Assembly: GCA_035649435.1 (NCBI GenBank)
Contig: DASRJO010000113.1
Location: 1 to 62,214 of the forward strand
Reading direction: 5' to 3'
Length of the DNA stretch: 62,214 nt
DNA from: Candidatus Krumholzibacteriia bacterium
Lineage (GTDB): Bacteria > Krumholzibacteriota > Krumholzibacteriia > G020349025
The notes below the pieces were generated by a model that was not told the origin of the DNA, made no database searches, and was given only the letters and a program-made list of their open reading frames with translations. A program made the translations under genes and the position numbers. This document shows positions 16,255 through 24,358 of the stretch, one piece after another (within the stretch, counting starts at the first letter, position 1; the number at the start of each line of letters is the position of its first letter).

Positions 16255-18837
16255 ATGAGTGTGGAGATTGCGATGCCAGAAACCACCGCCTTCGCAGCCA
16301 CGGAAGCGGCGACCGCCTTGCCGCGCCGGCAAGCCTCACACAGCGCTGGAGCACCCGCTCCTGGTGCTTGCGCGCCCGCCGCGCGCGCGATGGGCGCAGC
16401 TCCTGCGAACGTGCTCCAGGATGAAGCGACTCGCGGTGCCATTCGCATGAATGGCATTCGGGCTGCGATGGAGCAGCCATCGATCCCGTTCACGGTGCTC
16501 TCCGGCGATCGCCTGCTCTGCCGTCTCGCCGCCCTCCGCGACTCCATCACCGTTCCCATGGCGCGTGCCGCATTCGCGATCACGAAATGTGAAGCGTGGA
16601 CCGCCTGCGGCTACCGGAACATCTTCGATTTCGCGCGCGAGCGGCTCGATCGGGACCAGCGCTGGCTGCAGGACTTGGTGCGCCTGCACGAGACGCTGGA
16701 GAAGCATGCAGCGATCGCTGCAGCTTTCAGCGGGATCGACGGTGGACCGCTCCTCGGACAGATGGCAGCGATTCAAATCGGCCGCGTGGCAAGAGACTCC
16801 AATGTGGGCGCCTGGATCGAACGTGCGCGGAACATGCCGTTCGCGGAGCTGCGTGCTAAAGTGGTGCGGGACCTTGCGCGCGGCAGGGGCGTGCAAGCGC
16901 CAAGAATCGGCGAGCAGCAGCCCGGTGACGGCGCTCAGCCTGGCTCGTCACCTGCGGCGAGCTCCGAGACATTCGACGACGGGATGGATGCACCGCGTGT
17001 CGCGGTGCGTCAGATGGTGCCGCCGGACATCAAGATCATCTTCGACGACGTTCTCGAGCACCATCACGCGGTCGCGGGCTACGGCTCTGGTCCCGCGGCC
17101 TTCGTCGAAGCGCTCGGAGCCGAGGTCGCAGGCAGCGGCCTCGTGCTGCCGGAGGACTACCATCCTCGATTCCATCGCGGCACCATCAAGCACCGACCCG
17201 GGCAGATCTGGAACCACCTGGGTGAGGGAGTTTCTGCGAAGCGCGCAATCGAATGTTTGGGCACCGGGCTTGGCCCCATCTCGGAGCTCGCGTCACGGGC
17301 AAGCCGCAGGGCCCATCGTCACTTGACCGAGTTCGCCGAGGTTCAAGCTCGGCTCGCGCGCCTCGAGCGCAAGCTCGCCATCGAGTTCGGTGGCGCATCG
17401 AGGGTCGGGAACTCTGACAGCGCTTTGATCGGGGCCACAGCCGAAGATCAACTGACGATCGAGGCTGGGGACGGCAAAGTGCACACAGATTTGGCCGAGC
17501 TCGGACTCCGCTTCCAGGTCCCGGATGGAGTTGCGACCACTTCCGCAGCCTGGCTCGTCACAGACTCTCGGGTCATGTCGTGGTCACGCAAGCGCGACCT
17601 CAAGCGTCTCGCTGGCGTGCTGGGGTCACTGATCCGGCTGCAGAACACCATCGAGATGGACATCGCCGACCTCTTGCTCGAGCTCGACGAACATCAGGCT
17701 TGGAAATGGCTCGGCTTCGAGGACCTCGAGGACTACGCCGAAGAGCATCTCGGCATGGGACGATCCACAGCGCGCAAGCGCGTCTGGCTGGTCCGAAGCC
17801 TGCGTCACCGGCCCGAGATCCGCGCTGCCTTCGATGATGGCGTCCTCGGACTCGTGGCGACCCAGTGTGCCGTCGTGGCCTTGCGCGACGCTAGGGCCGA
17901 TGCAGCGCTCCAGAAGCAATGGATCGAGAACGCGCGCGACCGGACCGTGAAGGGTCTGCGGGACGACATCCGTCTGGTCAAACGCAACCATCTGCTCCGG
18001 TGCGTCGAGGTCGCACGTGGCTTGACCCCAGGTCTTGCTCCACGTTTTCCGGGCCGCGGACTCGCAGAATCGACTTCTGCTCCACGTTTTCCGGGTCAAG
18101 GACCGGCGCAATCCGATTCCGCTCCACGTTTTCCGGGTCAGCCACCCGACCCGCGTGCTCCACATCACTTCGCACCAGCGAGCGACGCCGAATGGCGGGC
18201 TGCGCTCCGCTTCGGGCCTGGACAAACCTTCGACTCCGTCTTCGCTCTCGGCTACGGGCTCCTCGAGCGCGTCGTCCATCACGGGCCTCTCATGGAAGTC
18301 CCCCTCACCTTCCATCTACTCGAGGCCGAAGCCAGCATTTTCCTGCGCAGCATCGAAGCCGCTCGACGAGTGCTCGTCGAGCGTGTCCAGAATTCGTCCG
18401 CACCCGGGGACCAGAGCCGATTTACTCCCGCGACGCGCATCGCACAAGACTACGTCCACCACGGTGAACGCGTCCCGAGCTGGGTCGGTCTCTTGGCCCT
18501 CCTCGAAGAATGGGTCATGGTGCACGACGCCTTGAAGTCCGACGGCACTCGACCCGTCCTCCGGCGCGACCGTTATCGCTGCATGGCACCGGGATGCACG
18601 GCGCGCGTCAACGTCCAGGTACATCACCTGGAATACCGCGGCTGGGGCGGCGACAACGCACCCGAGAACCTCCTCGTGCTCTGTGTGTTTCACCACTTGC
18701 AGGGCGAGCACGGTGGCTTGGCCCGTGTCCGCGGCCGCTCCCCGCTCGCTGTCGTCTGGCAGCTCGGCGTCGACGATCTCGCCGTCTGGTACCGAAACGA
18801 ACGCCGTATCCCGCCACCGACTGAGTTCATGCGCTGA
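16255..18837 (+). CDS. HNH endonuclease with two DUF222-like N-terminal modules (13E12-repeat-family-like architecture)
   Basis: ORF 16255..18837 (860 aa). The C-terminus carries an HNH motif: RYRCMAPGCTARVNVQVHHLEYRGWGGDNAPENLLVLCVFHHLQGEHGG. Two upstream modules resemble DUF222: KCEAWTACGYRNIFDFARERLDRDQRWLQDLVRLHETL... and DEHQAWKWLGFEDLEDYAEEHLGMGRSTARKRVWLVRSLRHRPEIRAAFDDGVLG... Confidence 0.8.
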   Translation: MSVEIAMPETTAFAATEAATALPRRQASHSAGAPAPGACAPAARAMGAAPANVLQDEATRGAIRMNGIRAAMEQPSIPFTVLSGDRLLCRLAALRDSITVPMARAAFAITKCEAWTACGYRNIFDFARERLDRDQRWLQDLVRLHETLEKHAAIAAAFSGIDGGPLLGQMAAIQIGRVARDSNVGAWIERARNMPFAELRAKVVRDLARGRGVQAPRIGEQQPGDGAQPGSSPAASSETFDDGMDAPRVAVRQMVPPDIKIIFDDVLEHHHAVAGYGSGPAAFVEALGAEVAGSGLVLPEDYHPRFHRGTIKHRPGQIWNHLGEGVSAKRAIECLGTGLGPISELASRASRRAHRHLTEFAEVQARLARLERKLAIEFGGASRVGNSDSALIGATAEDQLTIEAGDGKVHTDLAELGLRFQVPDGVATTSAAWLVTDSRVMSWSRKRDLKRLAGVLGSLIRLQNTIEMDIADLLLELDEHQAWKWLGFEDLEDYAEEHLGMGRSTARKRVWLVRSLRHRPEIRAAFDDGVLGLVATQCAVVALRDARADAALQKQWIENARDRTVKGLRDDIRLVKRNHLLRCVEVARGLTPGLAPRFPGRGLAESTSAPRFPGQGPAQSDSAPRFPGQPPDPRAPHHFAPASDAEWRAALRFGPGQTFDSVFALGYGLLERVVHHGPLMEVPLTFHLLEAEASIFLRSIEAARRVLVERVQNSSAPGDQSRFTPATRIAQDYVHHGERVPSWVGLLALLEEWVMVHDALKSDGTRPVLRRDRYRCMAPGCTARVNVQVHHLEYRGWGGDNAPENLLVLCVFHHLQGEHGGLARVRGRSPLAVVWQLGVDDLAVWYRNERRIPPPTEFMR
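18037..18162 (+). repeat. In-frame 42-bp tandem repeat (3 copies) inside the HNH gene
   Basis: GCTCCACGTTTTCCGGG starts at 18037, 18079 and 18121, an exact 42-bp period. A degenerate GCTCCACA follows near 18157. The repeat encodes APRFPG(R/Q)G... three times (APRFPGRGLAESTS / APRFPGQGPAQSDS / APRFPGQPPDPR). Confidence 0.85.
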
Positions 18838-19001
18838 CGGTGCGCTCGATCGCCGTCCTGGGGATCACTGAATCGTCAGGCAGTGTGGGGGGTGGACGTG
18901 GCATTTGCCGGTGGTCCGGAGTGCGCTGAACCAGCCGGCCGAGAACCGTGCTGTATCCCGCTACAGGCCACTGGCTCATGCCGGCACGGCGCCGCGAAAG
19001 A

Positions 19002-20678
19002 TCAGCGCGTCAGCTTGCGGTACTGGATCCGATGCGGCTGATCCGCCTCGCGGCCGAGTCGGGCGCGGCGCGACGCTTCGTAGTCCTGGTAATTGCCCTC
19101 GAACCAGACGACCTGGCTGTCGCCCTCGAATGCGAGGATGTGTGTCGCGATGCGGTCGAGGAACCAGCGGTCGTGGCTGATGACGACGACACAGCCGGCG
19201 AAGTCGAGCAGCGCCGCTTCCAATGCGCGCAAGGTGTCGACGTCGAGATCGTTGGTGGGCTCGTCGAGGAGCAGCACGTTGGCGCCCGCCATGAGCATTT
19301 TGGCGAGATGGAGCCGGTTGCGCTCGCCACCCGAGAGATCCGCGACGCGCTTCTGCTGGTCGGCGCCCTTGAAGTTGAACTGACCGACGTAGGCGCGTGA
19401 CATCATCGCGCGCTTTCCGACCTGGAGCTGATCGAGGCCGCCGGAGATCTCTTCGAACACGGTCTTTTCGCCGTCGAGCGAGTCCCGCACCTGGTCCACG
19501 TGCGCGATGACCACGGTCTCCCCCTGGCGCAGCGTGCCGGCGTCGGGAGTTTCCTGGCCGGTGATCAGGCGAAAGAGCGTCGTTTTCCCGGCCCCGTTCG
19601 GCCCGATGATGCCGACGATGCCGCCTGGCGGCAGGCTGAAGCTCAGATTCTCGAAGAGCAGATTGTCGCCATAGGCCTTGCGCAGCCCGGTCGCCTCGAT
19701 GACGACGTTGCCGAGCCGAGGCCCCGGCGGAATGTAGATTTCATCGGTCTCGCGCCGCGTTTCGGCTTCCGCGGCCAGCAGCTTCTCGTAGGCGGCGATG
19801 CGTTGGCGGCTGTGGTTCTTGCGCAGGTTCGGCGTCATCTGCATCCACTCGAGCTCGTGCTGCAATGTGCGCGCGCGCCCTGAGTTGGGCTTGTCCTGCT
19901 GTGTCAACACGCGCAGCTTCTGATCGAGCCACGAGGAGTAGTTGCCTTCCCACGGGATGCCGGCGCCGCGGTCGAGCTCCAGGATCCATGCAGCCGCCTT
20001 GTCGAGGAAATACCGGTCGTGCGTCACGGCCACGACCGTGCCCGGGTATTCGCGCAAGAAGCGCTCGAGCCAGGCGACGGACTCGGCGTCGAGATGATTG
20101 GTGGGCTCGTCGAGAAGCAGCAAGTCCGGCTTTTCGAGCAGCAACCGGCAGAGTGCGACGCGGCGCCGCTCACCGCCGGAGAGCGTGGACACCTCCGCAT
20201 CCGGGGGCGGGCAACGCAGCGCGTCCATGGCGATTTCGAGCTTGTGGTCGAGCTCCCAAGCGTTCACGGCCTCGATACGGTCTTGGACTCGCCCTTGCTC
20301 TTCGAGCAGCTTTTCCATTTCATCGCCGTCCAGCGGCTCGGAGAAACGCGCAGCGATCTGCTCGAAGCGGTCGAGGAGCGCACGAGTTTCCGCCACCGCC
20401 ATTTCGATGTTGCCCTTCACCGTCTTGGTGAAATCGAGCTGGGGTTCCTGCGGCAAGTAGCCGACCTTGGCGGTCTTGGCCGGCATCGCTTCGCCGGTGA
20501 ACTGCTGGTCCACACCGGCCATGATGCGCAGCAAGGTGCTCTTGCCGGCGCCGTTCGGGCCGATGACCCCGATCTTGGCACCCCAGAAGAACGACAACCA
20601 GATGCCCTTCAAGATCTCGACCTTCGGAGGGACGACCTTGCGCAGATCCTTGATGGTGAAGATGTACTCGCCGGCCAT
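19002..20678 (-). CDS. ettA: Energy-dependent translational throttle protein EttA (ABC-F ATPase)
   Basis: ORF 19002..20717. The in-frame ATG at 20678 gives MAGEYIFTIKDLRKVVPPKVEILKGIWLSFFWGAKIGVIGPNGAGKSTLLRIMAG, collinear with the EttA N-terminus. There are two ABC cassettes (GPNGAGKST / GPNGAGKTT; LSGGERRRVAL / LSGGERNRLHL), no TM domain, and the length is about 555 aa. Confidence 0.9.
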   Translation of the reverse strand: MAGEYIFTIKDLRKVVPPKVEILKGIWLSFFWGAKIGVIGPNGAGKSTLLRIMAGVDQQFTGEAMPAKTAKVGYLPQEPQLDFTKTVKGNIEMAVAETRALLDRFEQIAARFSEPLDGDEMEKLLEEQGRVQDRIEAVNAWELDHKLEIAMDALRCPPPDAEVSTLSGGERRRVALCRLLLEKPDLLLLDEPTNHLDAESVAWLERFLREYPGTVVAVTHDRYFLDKAAAWILELDRGAGIPWEGNYSSWLDQKLRVLTQQDKPNSGRARTLQHELEWMQMTPNLRKNHSRQRIAAYEKLLAAEAETRRETDEIYIPPGPRLGNVVIEATGLRKAYGDNLLFENLSFSLPPGGIVGIIGPNGAGKTTLFRLITGQETPDAGTLRQGETVVIAHVDQVRDSLDGEKTVFEEISGGLDQLQVGKRAMMSRAYVGQFNFKGADQQKRVADLSGGERNRLHLAKMLMAGANVLLLDEPTNDLDVDTLRALEAALLDFAGCVVVISHDRWFLDRIATHILAFEGDSQVVWFEGNYQDYEASRRARLGREADQPHRIQYRKLTR

Positions 20679-20782
20679 TCGCAGTTCCTCTCGAAGATCG
20701 TATTGGTCACGGGGCATGGTCCCGACTTCGCGTCGAGCTCGGAGGCCGTGAACCTACCGAAAAAGCAGCTTCGATTCAAGCG

Positions 20783-23215
20783 TCAGGTCACGGAGTCGGG
20801 GCTTACCGCCGTCCCCATCGACTTGATGTGGACGTCGCGCTGCGGGAAGGGAATGGCGATCCCAGCCGAACTCAGGGCCGCGAGCGCGGCGACGGCGACA
20901 TCGCTGCGGATGCGCATCCATTGGTCGATGTTCGTACTCCACACTCGCAGCTGGAAATCGAGCGAGCTGTCGCCGAAAGCGATGAACAGCGCCGAGGGCG
21001 GCGGTTGCGCGGCGACATCCGGGTGGCGGGCGCCGGCCGAGACGAGCAGGTCGATCACCGTCTGCGGATCGCTGCCGTACTCGACGCCCACGTTCACGTC
21101 GATGCGCCGCTGCCGGTCGGACAGGGTCCAGTTCACCACTTCGTTGGCGATCAAGTTGGCGTTGGGGACGATGACCTCGGCGCCTTCAAAAGTGCGCACG
21201 GTGCTCGAACGCATGCCGATGCGCTTGACCTCGCCGGTCGTTTGGCCAATCTGCACCGAGTCGCCGGGCATGATCGGGCGCTCGACCATCAAGATCAGCC
21301 CCGAAACGAAATTGTTGATCACGTTCTGCAGACCGAAGCCGACACCCACACCGAAGGCGCTGGCGATGATGGTGAATTTGCTGAGCTCGATGCCGGTGGC
21401 GGCGACGGCGAGAAAGAAACCGCAGAGCACGAGAATGTAGTGCACCCCGGTCGAGATCGCATACGGCAAGCCGCGCGGCAAGGACACACGCGGGTAGATT
21501 TCTTCGGCGAGAATGAATCGCACCGCACGCGACACCAGGACGGCAGCTCCCACCGTGACCGCAAAGCTCACGATGTCGCCGAGGGAGAAGGCGAATTCAC
21601 CGAAGCGGGCCTGGGCAGCCAGGATTTTGCGCACGCCGCTCGTGACGACGCCCCAGAGCAGCATGGCTTGCAGCGCCTTCTGCACCCACAAGAAAACCAG
21701 CAGCGCGCCCAGTAGGACGGTCGCGCGCCGGTGCAGCATCGCTTCGTGGTTGCGGACCAGCGGCGACTTGCGCAGGTACGAGATGCGGAAAACGACGCGC
21801 AGCAGCGCTTCCACCACCAAGAACGCACCGTAGAGCGCCAGGCCGAGATACGCTGCGCGCACGACCCCGCGCATGGTGAGCGAAGCCAACGACGCATTGC
21901 CCACGATGTTGGCGAGGAGCGCGATCGACACCAGGCCGAAGGCGATCCATTGCAGGGCGAGCACCAAGCGCCGTGACGCGGTGGTTGGATCGGACGCGCG
22001 CCGTGAGCGGCGCAGCATGGGCACCAGAACCCAAAGAGCCAGCACGCATTGGAGAACGAGCACGAATCGTTGCAGCGGTGAGAGGTAGATCGCCAGCTCG
22101 GCGAGAATGCTCAAGACACGCAACGCGACGAGGGCGGACAGGAGATAGGTGTGTCGGACGATCCAGGGTGGGAGGACTCGGAATAACGGAATGAAAAGGA
22201 GCGTGGTTCCGACATCGAGCACGAGAAAAGGCAACCCCGGCAATGCGAGCGTGGTGACGAGGGCGGCGGCGATCGTGGCCGCGGAGACTGGCCGCGACAG
22301 GATCCGGACCGCCGCTCCCATGTCTTGCTCCGGGTGACGTTTTCGCATCCGGCGCCCGAGCTGAATGGCGATCGCGAGGAGAACGAGGAAGAGAGCCCCA
22401 CAAGCGATCAAAGCTTTGCGTTCCATGACCACGAACTCGCGAACTTCCTGCACGTCGTTTCGCAGGCCCGTGGTGGCTTGGTCGAGTTGCTCGCCCAACC
22501 CGAATGGTGGATGCAGAGCCACGCTCCAAAGCGGCGGGACGTCGAGGACGGAGAGCTGCATGCGTGCACGCGTGCGCGCCGCCTCGATCATTTGGAGGCC
22601 CTCGTCTAGGAAGTTCTCGGCGCGTCCCACCTGTCCTTCGACGGTGAAAACCTCGGCGCGGCGCTCGAGGAAGCGAGTTTCGATCGCAGTAATGGAGTCG
22701 ATGGCCTCGCGGGGGACCTCCAACAGCTGCGGCGGCGCCAGCGAATCCAGGCCTGCGAGCGTCGCAACCCATGTCGAACGCAGATCGAGCAACGTTTGCA
22801 GGTCGTGATCGATGGAGCGCCCCCGCCGCTGCAGCTTTGCATGCCAGGACACAATGGGGGTTCGCACTCGTCTGACGCGGCGCTCCATCTCCGCCACGTC
22901 GCGGGTGGAAACAGCTTTGTCGATCAGGCCCTCGGTCGATGCGAGCAGTTCTTGGGCGCGGTCGAGCGCCGCCGGCAAAGCGCCGCGAATCGCGTCCAAT
23001 TCGGCGTCGGGTCCATGACGATCGCGCATGAACTCGAGCACCGCCTGGGTCTCTTGCATCTTGACGGAGATCAACGATTGCGGAATCGGCTGCACGACTG
23101 GCGCGGATTCCTGTTGGGCGGGAGCCGATGGGGTCTCTGCCGCAGCTGGCACGGACAAGATGGATGAGACGAGGGCAAGCGAGACGAGAGCATTCACGCC
23201 GACGGAACCCCCCAT
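20783..23215 (-). CDS. Mechanosensitive ion channel, MscS superfamily, MscK-like with a large N-terminal periplasmic/TM extension
   Basis: This is the C-terminal 810 codons of ORF 20783..24595. The in-frame ATG at 23215 gives MGGSVGVNALVSLALVSSILSVPAAAE (signal). A coiled periplasmic region and many TM helices follow, and then the MscS core GLQNVINNFVSGLILMVERPIMPGDSVQIGQTTGEVKRIGMRSSTVRTFEGAEVIVPNANL. The upstream 460 aa of the track ORF read through the ABC ATPase gene in another frame and are not real. Confidence 0.85.
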   Translation of the reverse strand: MGGSVGVNALVSLALVSSILSVPAAAETPSAPAQQESAPVVQPIPQSLISVKMQETQAVLEFMRDRHGPDAELDAIRGALPAALDRAQELLASTEGLIDKAVSTRDVAEMERRVRRVRTPIVSWHAKLQRRGRSIDHDLQTLLDLRSTWVATLAGLDSLAPPQLLEVPREAIDSITAIETRFLERRAEVFTVEGQVGRAENFLDEGLQMIEAARTRARMQLSVLDVPPLWSVALHPPFGLGEQLDQATTGLRNDVQEVREFVVMERKALIACGALFLVLLAIAIQLGRRMRKRHPEQDMGAAVRILSRPVSAATIAAALVTTLALPGLPFLVLDVGTTLLFIPLFRVLPPWIVRHTYLLSALVALRVLSILAELAIYLSPLQRFVLVLQCVLALWVLVPMLRRSRRASDPTTASRRLVLALQWIAFGLVSIALLANIVGNASLASLTMRGVVRAAYLGLALYGAFLVVEALLRVVFRISYLRKSPLVRNHEAMLHRRATVLLGALLVFLWVQKALQAMLLWGVVTSGVRKILAAQARFGEFAFSLGDIVSFAVTVGAAVLVSRAVRFILAEEIYPRVSLPRGLPYAISTGVHYILVLCGFFLAVAATGIELSKFTIIASAFGVGVGFGLQNVINNFVSGLILMVERPIMPGDSVQIGQTTGEVKRIGMRSSTVRTFEGAEVIVPNANLIANEVVNWTLSDRQRRIDVNVGVEYGSDPQTVIDLLVSAGARHPDVAAQPPPSALFIAFGDSSLDFQLRVWSTNIDQWMRIRSDVAVAALAALSSAGIAIPFPQRDVHIKSMGTAVSPDSVT

Positions 23216-24336
23216 GCGATCTGCCGCTGTGTTTCGGGGTCGAAGAAGTGGAGCCGGTGGCGCTGGAAGTGCAACCCCACCTGGGCGCCGAGAGCGAGCC
23301 CGACCTGGCCCGGCACGAGGACACGCACCGGCTCTGCGCTCGGTTGCTCGAGCACGACGTGGAGCAGCGTCTCGCGACCGAGTGGTTCGACGACGTCCAC
23401 ACGTCCGCGCGCGTCGGCCCCCGAACCGTCGGGGATGGACACATCCTCGGGACGGATGCCGACGACGACCGGGCGGGAATCCGTCGCCCTCGAAGCGGGA
23501 GCTTTCCCGTCCTGCGGCAACGCGGGAAAAGGCGGCAGGTCGATGACCGCACCCGTCATCTCGAGGCGTGAGGTCTTCCCATCGGGTGTGCGCGTGATCG
23601 AGCCTGGAAGAAGATTCATCCGCGGCGAGCCGACGAAGCGTGCGACGAACTGCGTCGCCGGGCGGTTGTAGATCTCGAGCGGCGTGCCAACCTGGAGGAA
23701 GCGCCCAGAATGCATCACGGCGACACGGTCGCCGAGCGTCATCGCCTCTTCCTGATCGTGGGTCACGTAGAGCATGGGCACGTGCAGCTCCCGGTGCAAG
23801 CGTGCGATCTCGGTGCGCGTTTGCACGCGCAGCTGCACGTCGAGATTGGAGAGCGGCTCGTCGAGGAGGAATGTCTTGGCGTTGCGCGCGATGGCACGCC
23901 CGAGAGCGACGCGCTGGCGCTGCCCGCCGGAGAGCTGCGAGGGCTTGCGGTCGAGGAGCGTGGTGATTCCGAGACTCTCGGCGACCTCCGTGGCGCGCCG
24001 AGCGACTGCTTGGCGCGATTCGCCGCGCATCTTGAGACCGAAACCCAGGTTGTCGCGCACACTCATGTGTGGGTAGAGGGCGTAGTTCTGAAACACCATG
24101 GCGATGTCGCGCTGCTGTGGTGGCAGCTCGGTCACGTCGCGACCACCCAGGAGCACACGGCCCTGCGTCGGCGACTCGATCCCCGCCACGATCCGGAGCA
24201 GCGTGCTCTTGCCACACCCCGAGGGTCCGAGGAGGACGACGAGCTCGCCGTCGCGGACTTCGAGGTCGACGCCGGCCACGGCGGTGTGACCGCCGGGGAA
24301 GATTTTCTCGATCGCCTCGAGGCGCAGCTCGGGCAT
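23194..24336 (-). CDS. Sugar ABC transporter ATP-binding protein (MalK/UgpC/MsiK type)
   Basis: ORF 23194..24360. The in-frame ATG at 24336 is preceded by AGGAGG with 5-nt spacing. Motifs are Walker A GPSGCGKST, the Q-loop MVFQNYALYPHMSV, the signature LSGGQRQRVALGRA and Walker B FLLDEPLSNLD, plus a C-terminal MalK-like regulatory/TOBE domain. The stop at 23194 lies 22 nt inside the MscK-like gene start. Confidence 0.9.
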   Translation of the reverse strand: MPELRLEAIEKIFPGGHTAVAGVDLEVRDGELVVLLGPSGCGKSTLLRIVAGIESPTQGRVLLGGRDVTELPPQQRDIAMVFQNYALYPHMSVRDNLGFGLKMRGESRQAVARRATEVAESLGITTLLDRKPSQLSGGQRQRVALGRAIARNAKTFLLDEPLSNLDVQLRVQTRTEIARLHRELHVPMLYVTHDQEEAMTLGDRVAVMHSGRFLQVGTPLEIYNRPATQFVARFVGSPRMNLLPGSITRTPDGKTSRLEMTGAVIDLPPFPALPQDGKAPASRATDSRPVVVGIRPEDVSIPDGSGADARGRVDVVEPLGRETLLHVVLEQPSAEPVRVLVPGQVGLALGAQVGLHFQRHRLHFFDPETQRQIAWGVPSA

Positions 24337-24358
24337 GGTTCCTCCTGGAATCTGCGGC

